Source of the DNA: the human T2T-CHM13v2.0 reference genome, Homo sapiens
Direction: 5' to 3'
DNA: 64,000 nt
Assembly (NCBI GenBank): GCA_009914755.4
Contig: CP068257.2
Location: 43,200,001 to 43,264,000, forward strand
Shown here: positions 30,243 through 44,909 of the stretch, one piece after another
Position numbering within the stretch: the stretch's first letter is position 1
Layout: each line of letters starts with the position of its first letter
Made by a program: the position numbers and the translations under genes
Notes under the pieces: generated by a model
Seen by the model: only the letters and a program-made list of their open reading frames with translations
Told to the model about the DNA's origin: nothing
The model's database searches: none

Positions 30243-30360
30243 GTAGAGATAGAGTCTTGCTATGTCACCCAGGCTGGTCTTGAACTCCTGGCCTCCGGCA
30301 ATCCTCCCACCTCGGCCTCCAAAAGTGCTGGGATTACAGGTGTGAGCAACTGTGCCCAGC
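30243..30360 (-). mobile_element. Alu fragment (~120 bp)
   Basis: The fragment runs agagtcttgctatgtcacccaggctggtcttgaactcctggcctc...gtgagcaactgtgcccagc. Confidence 0.7.
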
Positions 30361-30753
30361 TGAATCAATTTTTAAAAATAAATAAAACACAAACAATTGT
30401 ATTATAAATTTAAAAAATAAGGAGATCTAGAGAGTGCTAAGGCAAACAGAGCCAATGTTGAGAATGGAAGGGCATCCAGGACTTCACTGCACTATTCCTT
30501 CAACTTTCTGCGCCTCTGAGGTCTTTCTAAATACAATCTGGGCAAGGAGACAGGGTATGCCCAACACACCCACTCGAGTCCTTCCTGAAAAGTCATCCAT
30601 GAGGAAGGGTGCGTGTGCTTCCTCTCCTCAGCCCAACAGTGGCTACAAGTGACAGGGGATTTTCATTTTTAAAGCTTCTTTCTGATAACTAGGTCTTGTG
30701 TGAACTAAAAGAACTGAGCTCCAAAACACACACCGTCAACTCCATCTATCCCC

Positions 30754-30821
30754 AGACCTCTGGATTACCGGTCAGTCTGAGTCAGACCGAGACCTCTGGA
30801 TTACCGGTCAGTCTGAGTCAG
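30754..30821. repeat. 32-bp tandem repeat x2
   Basis: gacctctggattaccggtcagtctgagtcag occurs twice. Confidence 0.8.
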
Positions 30822-30999
30822 CGGAGAGGCATGAGAGGAAGAGGGAGAGTAAAACCGCCCAACATTCCTCCTGCTCCCAGCAGGCCAAGAACAGAGCGGG
30901 CTTTCAATAAGGGGGAAAACACCAATGTTTACAGTCCTCATGAAAATAACATCAAAGATGAAAAAAGGTCATTCTATTCTATCCTTTGAAAACATATCA

Positions 31000-31314
<315 letters not shown>

Positions 31315-34255
31315 TCATTTGTTACTGCTTCAAAGACAAGCAGTGTTTATTTCTCTAAGTGATCACTATCTCTTATCTCATCACAAGATACAGAAAAAAC
31401 ATGTGCTAGAAAACCAGAGATAAAAACTGCCCTTGTGTTGCTTAAGTCTAACACTGAATGTGACTGCCCTGACTTCTGGGTCCTATGACTGCAAGGCTTC
31501 AACTTAGACTCCATTTATCAATTTTTAAAGACCTTTCAGTCTCATTTGTTTCCGAAATTAAAGGAAAAAACAACAACAACAAATAACGTTTTCTTCTGTC
31601 AGGATACACCAACCCTCCATGACCCATTTGAGTGCTTTCCTGAAGTTTCAGGTGAGTCAATAAACACACTAAGGACAAAGGAACACACCAGCAAGTGTAC
31701 GTATTTCCTTGTCATGCTCCTGTCACACCGCAGGCCACAGGCTGCAGTCTCCATGCTCATCAGCAGAACGAGCAGCCAAACGGGCATGGTGCCCACTCTG
31801 CACTGTGACAGAGGCATGGAGAACAACTACATTGTCAATTCCAGGTGAGAAAAGAGGGCAGATATGGAGACAAAAAAATGTTCTTGGAAACTCCACTATT
31901 TCAAAAGAAAGAGTTGAAGACTAGGAGTATGTATCAACACTGTGAACCCTATGTACACTGTAGCACTCTGTACAGTTAGAAAGCCACGTTTCTCAGGGTG
32001 ACAGGGGCAGAACTCCACATCAGGAGTCCCCACTGTAAGGAGCAGCTGAGTGGGACCCACCACCTCGGGGACCTGCACTGGCCACCACTGCGCCAGCCCT
32101 CACACAGCAGTCTGAGCTCCTTTTTGGGGTCGTCTTTCCTCCAGATGAAGCTCTTGGATTGAGTCTGACCCCATACACAAATAAAGTGGGGTCCAAAAGC
32201 CCTATCCAGGTTTAACTTCAAGAATCTTGCTCTAAAGATCTTCAATACACCATGGGTTCTTAATGTCTCTCCTCCATCAAAACACATAAAAAGATGCTTA
32301 AAAGTGTTGGATTTGGATTGGTATAATGTATTCTCTAAATTCACACAGTGTCCTTGTAAAGGAGACAAAACGTTTTAAACATCAGTACTGCGGTCACATT
32401 CCTGTAACCATGACAAGCAGTAAAAATCTCACACCAAGCAAGTACTCTGTGGGAAGAGGGGAGTTCTCCAGGCTATAAATAGCCCCTCTCTCCAAGGACA
32501 AGGGGCACGCAGACACCAAAGGCGCCTGGGCAGTGAATGCCAACATGACACGGCACCATTCTTCCTATTCCAAGGGGTCCCCAGTGAGAGAAACAACAGT
32601 CCACCCACCAGGACTTGGTGATTACCATAAGTGGAAGCAAGCAAGTGCAGCCTCCAAGTGCAGACACACCGAATGGCTTTTCAGCTGACACACCGAATGG
32701 CAGTTCCGGATTAATTCCCACACTGTCCACTCCACTCGTCCACACCCATCTCTGCACCCTTCAGCAGTGCAGAGCAGGAGGAATCACAGTCAAACAAAAC
32801 CTCATGGTTGTTTTCCTGACACTCCCGCTTTCACAATGCAAGCAAACACACCCCCGAGCCACTGATACAGTTGCCAGTGAATCACACACTCTGCCTGCAG
32901 ACGCCCATTCTGTTTGTGGAAACGTATTCACTGCACATTTGCGCTTAGAACTCAATCTGGGCCAAAAGTTCCCAGTACAGTCCCACTGGCCTCCTTGACT
33001 AACAAACTTCAAGGCAGCTGCATTGCTAACGTCACAAACCCTAAGCACACTTGGAGGCAGGTAAGAAGAAACACAAATAATCCTGCATCGGAATAAACAT
33101 TCCATAAGGTCACAAAAAGAAAAGGTGCTCTACTATGCTAAACAGACACTGACAGAGCCTGGGCTAACAAGAGCTGAGAAAAGTATTAGCCCCTCAAGCT
33201 GGGCCCAGGTCAACCCTAATTGTAAGGGTCAGGAAACTGAAGTTAAGGTGGCACTATTCCCCACCACTAGTGGTCACCTGGAAACTCCACACACGGAAGC
33301 CAGCATGACATTGTGAAACAGGTCCAACCATGACACTCTCCAGCTTAGAACCTGCTGGATTTTCCCGCAGCCCACCAGGCCCTGGAGGCCCAGCCCCACA
33401 GGAAGCCACCCTCTATAAACACTGCCGGTTTCTGGAACTCTGAGTCTCCTGTCATGCACTTTCCTCCCCCAGCCCCCGCGCCCTCACTGCTTCTTTCTTG
33501 GTCAGCCTCCCGGGGACTCAGCTCTTCTTGGATAGGAGCTCTGGCTGTCGGTCACCACTGTGGCCGCAGGGCCTGGCGCAGACGGGATAAACGATGAAGA
33601 ATGCCACCTGCGCGTCTGGACAGCGTAGAACCGCAATCAGCTTGCTTCAAAATCAGATGCTACAGCCTGGCTTTGGGGACGCCTTCCTTTCTAAGGCATA
33701 AGTGCGAGCGTTCGCTGCTGTGCGTGGAACTGCGGCCGGGAGGGAGTGGCGGCGTGAACGCCGGCGGCTGTAGAGACACACCGGCCGCGGCCCCATCACC
33801 CTGCAGGGGCCTGCGGCCGCCATCCCGGCCTGCCCCCGACCAGCTGTGCGACCTCGAACACGTCGTGAGCCGGCTTCCCGGCTCGGGATCGAACCCGAGG
33901 AGTGCTGTTTGGGGTCGCAGTGAGGCTAAGGGAGGCCGCAGGTGCCAAGCGTCCCGCCTGCCGGGCGAGGGCCAACCCGAGGCCACGCGCGAGGAGCGGC
34001 CGCAGCGACTGGACAAAACAAAGACAAAGACAAAGACGGCTCTTCCCCTGCCCGCGCCCCAGCCGCGACGGCAGCTCCCGCGGCCGCCAAACGGGCGTGA
34101 CCCTCGAGGAGCCTCCGTCGGGGCGCTGCCTGCGACCGTGGGCCCAGGCCGCCCGCCGAGCCCAGCGCCCTGGCCGAAACCCCGACCCCGACCCCGACCT
34201 GGACCCACCAGCCGCCCCGCCCCCTTCGCGGCCCCGCCCGCCCCGGCGCCCTCAC

Positions 34256-34370
34256 CAGCTCCGGGAGGCTCCTGCGCGGCGGCCACCGGGATGAGCAGCA
34301 GGAGCAGCGCGGCGCCACCGAGGCGCAACCTCCAGTACGGCGTCGGCCCGCGGGCCACTCCGGGCGCCAT
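34256..34370 (-). CDS. PTTG1IP: PTTG1IP exon 1, coding part (Met1 to first nt of Ala39); 5'UTR extends upstream to roughly 34450-34600
   Basis: Minus-strand ORF (track 33660..34370) starts MAPGVARGPTPYWRLRLGGAALLLLLIPVAAAQEPPGA, the PBF signal-peptide N-terminus. ATG is at 34370-34368. GT donor (gtgagg) lies immediately after 34256. The exon is embedded in a CpG island. Confidence 0.93.
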
Positions 34371-34659
34371 GGTCGGCCGGTCGCTCTATCAGTCAGTGGA
34401 GCGTTACAACTCCGACTCCAGCACAAGCGGTCTCCGCCCGGAACAGCCGCGGCGCCGGAAGTGGACCTGCGAGGTGGGGCCATGCGAGTGCGCAGCCTCA
34501 AAAAGCAGCTCGCCCCGCTCCCTCGCCATCCGCCCCGCCCCTCGCCAACGGGCTCGCCTCCCGGCGCGGCTGAGGTTCAGTGCGCCTGCGCGATAGAGGA
34601 AAGGAGCCTGGTAGCGAGGAGAGCGGCTGAGGCTCAGTGCGCCTGCGCGGCGCGGATGG

Positions 34660-34767
34660 GCGAGGCGTGACCGAGGGGCGAGGCGTGACCGAGGGGCGAG
34701 GCGTGACCGAGGGGCGAGGCGTGACCGAGGGGCGAGGCGTGACCGAGGGGCGAGGCGTGACCGAGGG
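34660..34767. repeat. 18-bp tandem repeat x6 (GCGAGGCGTGACCGAGGG) in the PTTG1IP proximal promoter
   Basis: Six perfect head-to-tail copies of gcgaggcgtgaccgaggg lie 290-400 bp upstream of the ATG on the gene strand. Confidence 0.9.
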
Positions 34768-36891
34768 GCTCGCCGCGGCTCCTGCGCCTGCGCGGCGGGG
34801 AACGGCGACCGGCTGAGGGGACTAGGGGAGCGCGGTGCTTCGGTGGCGGAGGTCACGGTGGCCTCCATCCTAAAGGGCTGCGGGCGTCCCGGACGGCGGT
34901 CCCAAGCGCTGCTCACGCTGCTCTTAAGTGAGCCCTGGACGAGGCGCGGTGGGCCCTCATAGTCCGCGCCGGCGCCCTCGCTCCACACCGCGGCGTCCGG
35001 CCCTGGGCTCCCGCCGATGTCCGCGTGGGACTTTTAGGGGATTTGTTTATTTTTGTACGTTAACCACACTAGAAACGGCCCCAGAATGGGCTGAAACGTG
35101 TGCTGCTGAAGCTGCCACCTAAACTCCCGAGAGAAGCGCCGTTTCTCCTCCATGGCTTCTCGCCGACGCCCTCGCTGCGGCCTTCCGGGCCCCTCGGTTG
35201 ATAAAAGGACTAAATAGTGACGGACATTTTTAAGGCTACTTAAGAAATGGCAAAAATACATTTAGAGGTGTGAACCCGAACACACTGCGCGCTTTAAGCC
35301 CCGCGAGAGCCGGGGCCGCCCGCTTCCGTGCGCCCGTAGCTCCTTTCTCGGGTCCGGGATTCGCCGGTGCCGGGGACAGAAACCTCCTGCCTTCTTAGTT
35401 CATGACGCTTGTAGATGAACTTCCCTGTTTTCTGCACTGCTTAGACCAGAAGACGGGAAACCGTGACTGCCGCACCCTTCCCTGAAGCAGGCACTGCCCG
35501 TCGTCCATCAAACGCGAGGACTGCGCCCACCTCGTAGGAAGGACGCCGCGGTCCTGCTAAAAGCCTCCGCCTCTGCCTGCCCGAGGGCACCCTTCCCCTC
35601 CCCGCTTCCGAGGGCGGACTCCATTCCTCTGGAGCCGGTGTTTCCGGGTGGGCCAGCCTCCAACTGCCTTTGAATAACCCCCCCTTACATTAGATTCTGA
35701 CCCTGTGGTGATTTTAGGTTGGGATTTGGGCGCCTGCAGATGGCTCCGAAGCCAGCCTCTTGTGATCCGAGCCACTTCTCTGGCACTCGGAGCGCTGGCA
35801 CCCGCGGAGCGGCCTTGGTTCACCGGACCGCCTGGGAACCTGGCCGGGGTCTCTGGCAGCCTCCCAGGGCTGAGGTTCAGACTCTGTTCCGCCTACCCAG
35901 GTCCACACCTGATAGGGCTGGAGTTGAGGCTTGGTTTTAAGGCAAGAGTTTCGTTTGTTATTTCTCCAAAGAGTCAGCTGTTTGCAGGTGTGTGGTTAAC
36001 ACTATCCTTCGAGGTTAAGGTTTTGTTCGTCTTGCTAAAGTTTGCAACCTTTTTTGTCCTTCAGATTTGGAGAAGGGGAAAGCAGTTTCTCTTTGAAAAG
36101 AAGCAGCGAATCGTGGCTTAAGCAAAATTTGTAATCCTTAAAACTGGCCAGGCTCTGGAGCTGAGTTCAATTTGACATGTCTAAACTTCCTTCTTGAGTA
36201 ACCAGATTTTCCCTTACAGTCTTTTGTCACTTAAGAGAACTCATAGGCAATCGTCCATCCAAAACAAGTCTTTCTCCTTCAGGGAGGACCCATCTTTGGA
36301 AACTCCAGCTGGTTTCCTGTGCAGTGCTTATGGTGCCACCTCTCGTTATATTTAGAAAAATGGTCTCACGTAACTTGAGAAAAAACATTTCAGTGACCAA
36401 AGCCGGGTACCATTGGAACACCAAGCTAATTTACTTGTTTGCTCAATTGGAAAACGCTGGCTCTAGGATAAAACGGAATCTTTGGGAGAGTTATTTTTTA
36501 TGGTAGTTGGAAGCATCCAAAAGAAGTTCTAATAAAGGTATTTATGAGAGAAAAACAAAAATTATCTAAAATAATTTCTGAATTTAAAAAAGACTACTGA
36601 AATTTCTCCCCCTCCTCCCTCAGCTCCTTCTCTTTATCCTTTGTTGTCTGAATTACCTCGCCCAGACCCACCTTTCTTCCTCCTCCTCCTCCTGTTTTGG
36701 GGCCATTGCTCAAACAGCCAGTGTCTCTCATAGGGGACGACTATGTGCCCTAGTTCATGAGTTATGGTCAAAGGTAGAACTTAAAAGTATAATCAAGGAA
36801 TTTCCTGATGCTCACCAGGACCCCACTGGTTTTTCCAGAGAATTTAAATACCCGAGTGTGTGACCCTGCCTCTACTTTGGGAAAAATAATT

Positions 36892-37183
36892 TTTTTTTTT
36901 TTGAGACGGAGTCTCGCTCTGTTGCGCGGGCTGGAGTGCAATGGCTCAATCTTGGCTCACTGCAACCTCCGCCTCCCAGGTTCAAGCGACTCCTCTGCCT
37001 CAGCCTCCCGAGCAGCTGAGACCACAGGCACGCACCACCACGCCCGGCTAATTTTTGTATTTTTAGTAGAAATGGGGTTTCACCATATTGGCCAGGTTGG
37101 TCTTGAACTCCTGACCTTGTGATCCACCTGCCTCAGCCTCCCAAAGTGCTGGGATTACAGGCGTGAGCCACCACGCCTGGCCA
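36892..37183 (-). mobile_element. Alu element
   Basis: An Alu consensus in reverse complement is preceded by a T-run. Confidence 0.85.
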
Positions 37184-37765
37184 TAAAAATTATTTAAAAT
37201 AGTTAACACGAGTTCCCATTGCTGACATAAGCTTTTGCTGATAGAGCAGCCGTGTTTTCTGTAATAAATCCCATCTTGTTACAAGGTTCCATTCCTTGGA
37301 GTCAAAAAAAAGTTCAAAGGGTAGGTGTCACTAATACGCCTGTAACGGCACGTAAATCTCAGCCTATAGCTTTTCAACTAGGTCCTTTACAAGGGACTCA
37401 CATTTTCCTTCTGGTTCTATCAGCTGCCAGCCATCTTATAAAAGGAGACTTCTTAGAATTACAATATCCACGTTTCTTTCTCCCAAAGGGGGAAGACGTA
37501 TTTAGAATTAGATGAGAAAGCTGAGTTACTAGACATAAAAAAAGTTTCAAAATCTAACCCAATTGCGATCCCTAATTGCCCTAGAAGACACTGAATTATT
37601 GAATAATGAAGAATTACAAAACCTACTAAAGGCAGTACTTGATCAAATATGGTCAGAGTCTTCCACTGATACTGGAAGAATCCTCTTGGCTACCCCGATC
37701 AAAGTCCTTTAGTGTAGTGGACTTATTAGCACATCCTTCAGTAGTTCTGTGTGTGAAAGTGTTGA

Positions 37766-38174
<409 letters not shown>

Positions 38175-38199
38175 TTTTGACTTGTTCTTAAAAAAAATT

Positions 38200-40140
38200 T
38201 TTTATTACAATACATGGGCAGTTTACTCCTTTGCTCAGAAGATAAGCAAAGCTTTTATAGAAGATGGGATACATTCATTACAACAGCCCTAAAGGGACAT
38301 AAAATTCCTAAAGAAAAACCTCAATTTTATAAAAAACAAAGTACTTGGGCCACTTAATATCTAAAGAAAGACTTTCTACTAATCTAGATAGACTGAAAGG
38401 AATTTTAGCTTTCCACCACCAACAACCAAGAAACAAAAGGATGTGGAGGACTGGCAGGATATTATAGAAATTGGATCCCAAACTTTTCTTTAAAGCTCAG
38501 TCCTTATACGCTCTCTAAAAACAGGACATGCCAGGACTTTAGAGTGGTCAGAAGAAAATACACCAACATTTGAAATGATCAAACGTGACCTTGCTAATGC
38601 TCCGCCTTTGGGGCATACAAATTATAACCTTCCATTCTATTATTTGTATAATACATGAAAGTGGTGGAGATGCTTTAGGGGTTCCTAAAACACTGTTATA
38701 TGTAAAAATTGTTATTTAGAAACAGAATGCTTGTTCCCAAGTGCTGCAAAGACACAGCACTCGAACATAAATTTAATTCTCTCAGCAAGGCCATTTTTAC
38801 TTTCTGCAGAAGGGGTGCTCATCACAGATGGAACAATGGCGAGAGCACACCTGAACAAAGGAGGGAAGCCATTTTCATCCCTGCCGCTGTTTGGCCCTGC
38901 TACTGTGTCCTGTCTCCATTGGCTGGAGCCAGACCTCACAATCTAAACTAAAACCCGATTGGCTAACAGTTTAAAACTTTTCTAAATAGGTAAAAGTAAT
39001 GGAAAGACAAAGGAAAAGAGGAAGTTGCTTAATACCAAATAGGGAAGGGGCATAGGCTGCGAGCTGGAATGTGCCTGTGGGCAGGTCCAGCACAAATATC
39101 CTGGTTAAGGTTCAAGGACATAGAATGTACTACGTGCCCGTGAGCAAGTGTAACAGCTACACAGGCTAGAGCTTAACGAGCAGTTATTAGCACGAAGCCA
39201 GGAGGCTTGAAGGAAGTTAGTTTTTAAAAGAAACTATTATTTTTAACACTTATGATTTACTCTTTAACAAGAAGGGAAACTTTGAAGAGGAACTTTTTGC
39301 TTTCTACAAACACAAAGATCGAAACAGACAATCATTGCCACAGTTCCCTAAAATATAATCCAGGAAAACCATTATAAGGACATTTCCCTTTACCCGAGGC
39401 CCTTGTGAGTTATGACCATTAGATGCCATGCTGTTGCCACCCTCAGAAACATACAAACATGTTCTGATAACAATTTACTTGTTTTCTCACTGGGCAGAGG
39501 CATTTCCATGCAGAAGAGCACTGCCTTAGCAGTGAGTAAAATTGCTGTAGAAAAAGGTATTGCAACCTGGGGAGTTCCTCTGGAACTTGTAGCAATAGAG
39601 GAACTCACTTCGCTGGACGGATGATTCAATCAGTATGTAAACTTTGGCCCATCCTCCAGCATTTCCATTGCGCTTACCACACCCAGTCATCTGGGTTAGT
39701 GAAATGCACCAATGGAATAATCAAAACTCAGTTGGCAAAATTAACCAAGGCTTTTCAAATTCCTTGGTCAGAAGTTCTTCTACTGGTTCTGCTTAATCAG
39801 AGGTCGACCCCTTTAGGTAAACACCAGTTATCTCTGCTAAAAATTAGGCAGACCCATGAAATTATCTCCAAGAAACTGTACGTCTATGATATTAAAGGGA
39901 GACATATTCAGCTATTGCAGTGCCCTTGCAAAACATTAATGAAAAATTATAATTGGCAAAAATAATCTTTTCACAGTGAGCTCCTGGGAAACAAAAATTT
40001 CAAGGACCACAGACTTCAACCAGGAGATTTTGTCTATTGGAAATGACATTTTTTAAAAAGTCTCTGCAACCTGCTATGGACCTTATCAGGTACTCCTGAC
40101 CAGCCTTCACCATAAAATTAGAAGACGACCCTTGAATTCA
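38200..40140 (+). mobile_element. Degenerate endogenous retrovirus (class I / gamma-like) pol remnant: RT/RNaseH-like and integrase-like frames interrupted by stops
   Basis: ORF 39621..39965(+) translates to ...HCAYHTQSSGLVKCTNGIIKTQLAKL...IPWSEVLLLVLLNQRSTP, an integrase catalytic-core-like sequence. Further downstream a frame reads GDFVYWK...KSLQPAMDLIRYS, like an integrase C-terminus. Multiple stops and frameshifts show it is non-functional. Confidence 0.5.
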
Positions 40141-40153
40141 CATCTCCCATCTA

Positions 40154-40533
<380 letters not shown>

Positions 40534-41200
40534 TTATGCCGGTCACAAGGTCAAATATTTCATACCGTTTCACACTCACCAATCTTCCTCATCTACAGTC
40601 TTGTCAGATTCATCCTGTATTCCATTGGTATCATCATTTAGCTTCTGTCTTTCTGCCATAACTGGGTATTGAAGGCGTTACTTGACACGTAGAGGCCCTC
40701 ACCAGTTACACACAAAAGGCCTTAAGATATAGCCAGGTATCTCATGATTAAATGATAAACTTACCTGAGAAAATCTGTATTATAAAACCATATGGCTTTA
40801 GACATACTCACCGCAGCTCGAGGGTAACCTGTGCTATCGTAAAACTAAAAGCTGTGTCTGTATCCCAGATAAACCAAATAACATCACTAAATTCATGGCT
40901 GATGTGAAATCCACATAAACCAACCTTTCAGAGCCAAAACCTCCTCCAAACAACTGGCTAAATAGCTGGTTGGGATCTTGGCAAAATTAGTGACAAAAAC
41001 TGTTAACTTATTCTAGAAATTACAATCATTTTTTACGTTTGTCCTGTTTGCTCAGGCTCAGCATAAAGGGATAAAGTGGATGCAAAGGGACCTTAGTGAC
41101 AGCAAACTGTGTCTCTGACCCACGTCTTCCAGTTCAAATACTTTACATCTTCATTGGGATCTTCGATTGTATCAAAAGATGTTTAAAAAGCCATTTGCAG

Positions 41201-41486
<286 letters not shown>

Positions 41487-43744
41487 TCAGTTTGCAGAAA
41501 CAGAATAAACACAAGTCTAGTTTAGAACTATGCCCCTGAAACAATACAACCACACAATGCTAATTTAATGGTATTTGAAGGACATTAGGTGTTTGTAAAC
41601 ATTAACCAAAACTCGGTGAATATCACCACATTTTAAACAATGCACAATGGCATTTTAAAATATAACTAAGTTCTGGGACAACTTAACAATGCAGAAGTTC
41701 AAAAAATGCATGGTATAACCCCAGTTCCTGTTTTAACCGCATGGAAGTCAAGATTTAAAAAGAGGAAATGGGAGGCATTGTGTAATTTAACATGTCTGGA
41801 ATCCAAAGATACATATTCAATTGTCAAAGAGCTTCAAGCTCAGAGGAATGACCCAAACGGCACATTGTACAGGAAGTACAACCGTTATGACTCTTTACAG
41901 AAACAGGATGATTACTTAGAGCAGTCTGGAATTAAAAGTGCATATGTCTTTCCATGAAGAAAGATGGTTAGGGAATTAAACTGATACAGTCACAATGGTA
42001 TCAACTTAGGAGAAATGACAGCCGAGCCCCAGAGCAATGGAAAGGGCTGTCCACAGGACCAGACAGCCACAGTGGGCTGGGGCCAGAGAGGGGAAGTTCC
42101 AGGGTCCCCACCTAGTTGTGCATATTGGAGTCACCTGCCAGGGATTTCCACCAGCGGGTTTATTTGGTGGTTAAGTGTCTGTGCAGTTGGATTTTTTTTG
42201 TATGTGGTCATTATGAGTACATTCCTTAGTGGGTGACTTCCAGAGAGGCTGCATAAAAAGAGTGAAGCTTCTGGCAACCCATTAAACCACCAGATGCTTA
42301 ACACTGGGGAGAACAAGGAGAGCACCTGAAGGTCCCAGACTTTGGACTCACTTTGGAAGGGGCTAGACAGTGTGGAGCCTTGGACAGGCAGGGATCAGCA
42401 GGGTCTGGGGTGAGGCATGGAGGGAGGGAGAGAGGGCTGGGCCCACAGGCCACAGCCCATTTCCCATGATGGGACTAAGCAGCGGTGTGGAACCTGCACC
42501 CCTGGTATGTGGGAGGACTCCTGTGGGGCTGCACACGGTTGGCAGCTTCATGGCTTCAGAGCTGGTCTGTGCCACGCGAGGTCTCTTGTGCTCAGGAGTT
42601 TGTCCTTGACCAAGGCACAGAGAGTTCCGGTTGCCCATCCCTTGCAAGCAGTTATGATTCTCAAAGCACTTCCTGTGCCAGCCTCTCTGCATCCTCCCAG
42701 GGCCAAGCTTTAGTGATCCCTCCACCTATACTTTTGACAAGACAAAACACAGCTTGTTCCAGGTCAGGCAGCCAGTAAGAAGTAGAGCTGGACGTGGACT
42801 GGGGGCTCACCCTTGGAGTCCGTGCTTCTTCCCCATGTCTCAGGAGCTCCCCTCATTTCTCTGGAACAAGGTTGGAACGTCAAAAAGACCTTCTGAAAAC
42901 TGGCAGGAAAATGTCAGAAAAATCACAAAATGGATTGAGGGCATCTGACAGTTTGTCTTGCTAGAGGCACGTCTGGGGGTGATCCAGGCCCTTGCTGCAA
43001 TCACTGAGATGGATCTCGAGCAGGGGCACGTGTCCTAGGACCCTGGCTCAGGGCCTATTGCCCACTGCATGGTGATATACCAGCACACTGAAAGAGAGGG
43101 AGTTGCCACAGAGAAAGTCCAAGACGCGTGGGCAGCCAAGCGAGGAGATGGGAGGAAACCTCAAACCCACCTCCCGAGGGGCTTGGGGATGGTGTTTTTC
43201 AGGTGTCTGGGCAGGTGATGGGGTCTGAGACGTGGGGATCGCTGATTGGTGAGTATGAGTGGTGAAGTCACGGGATAGGGGATGAAGAAACCACATTCCT
43301 GAGCTGAGTCGGTTCCTTGGTGGGGCCTTCAGACCAGTTGGCGTCAGCTGTTCTGCTGGAATTCAGGGTGTGGGAAACACCTTAAGCAATTCTTGGCTTA
43401 AAAGGTCCAGGCTCAGAGATTCCACCTGTAGGAACAACGGGGAGCAGGTGATCCGTGTGCCTCGTGACTCTTGTTAAGTTAGCAGCTGCAGTGAGTTGGG
43501 TGGTGGTGCCTGCCACACCCTGGTCAGTGCCTAACTCCAATTCTGCCCAAAGCCTGCGTTGGAATTCTCAGTAACCCTGTGAGGAGGGTTTCACTCAGGG
43601 CTGGCATCTGATCTTTGCCGGACGTGCTCCAGGCCAGGCCCTCTGATTGCCTGGGTCACCTGAGGTCACCCTCCCCCATCCCTCCTTCCTGAGAGGGCAT
43701 CACCACCCTGCACACACCCCTGTAGACCATACCTTGATGTCAAT

Positions 43745-44037
43745 TTTTTTTTTTTGAGATGGAATCTAGCTTTGTTGCCAGGCTGGAGTGCAGTGGCGCA
43801 ATCTCGGCTCACCACAACTTCCGCCTCCTGGGTTCAAGCCATTCTCCTGCCTCAGCCTCCTGAGTAGCTGGGATTATAGGCACGTGCCGCCACACCAAGC
43901 TAATTTTTGTATTTTTAGTAGAGATGGGGTTTCACCATGTTGGCCAGGGTGGTCTCGATCTCCTGACCTTGTGATCTGCCCACCTCGGCCTGCCTCCCAA
44001 AGTGCTGGGATTACAGGCGTGAGCCACTGCGCCCAGC
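43745..44037 (-). mobile_element. Alu element
   Basis: An Alu consensus in reverse complement is preceded by a T-run. Confidence 0.85.
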
Positions 44038-44524
44038 CAGTGTCGACAATTTGACCTCCATCTCCTAGCTTTGTCTAGTGGTTCTCAAACTACAGCGTGC
44101 ATCAGTATCCCTGGAGGACCTGCAAAGCCCAGATTGCTGAGCCCACCCGGAGTGCTGCCGACTAGCTGGTCCGGGGCCAAGCCAAGAATGCGCCTCTGAC
44201 AGGTTTCTAGGTGAGGCTTGTTCTGCTGCCAAGGCCAGCCTTGGGGAACTGAGGCTCAAGGCCAGCGGGTGTCCACCCTGGCTGCACAGCAGCCTCCCCG
44301 AGGAACACTGAACACCAGTCACGGCAGCCCTTCTCCGACAGGGCAGGGGCTTTTAAAGCCCCAGGTGCAGGCTGAGTGGGGACCCCTGAGCTGGGAAGTG
44401 AGCGGTGTTGGAGCATCTGGCCATTTCTAGCTCCTCCCACCTGCCCAGGTAAAGTCTCCCAGGCATATACAGTAAGAGGTTATCACGCAGTTAGAAGTTC
44501 GTTTTTGGTTTGTTTGTTTGTTTG

Positions 44525-44909
<385 letters not shown>

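Larger units (their letters stand above)
33680..35660. promoter_or_regulatory. PTTG1IP: CpG island / PTTG1IP promoter region (GC-rich, CpG-dense, ~2 kb) spanning exon 1 and the upstream flank
   Basis: Very high G+C with frequent CG dinucleotides, for example ccgcggccgccaaacgggcgtgaccctcgagg. Alu content drops locally. It contains the ATG at 34370 and GC-box-like ccgccc / gggcgg elements. Confidence 0.85.

Noticed and set aside
33601-34596. 331-aa plus-strand ORF and several long minus-strand ORFs (for example 33926..34501, 34404..34988) over the CpG island
   Set aside because: They are Pro/Arg/Ala/Gly-rich low-complexity translations of GC-rich DNA. Only the first 38 codons of the 33660..34370 minus ORF correspond to real PTTG1IP exon 1 coding sequence; after the GT donor at 34256 the ORF runs into intron.
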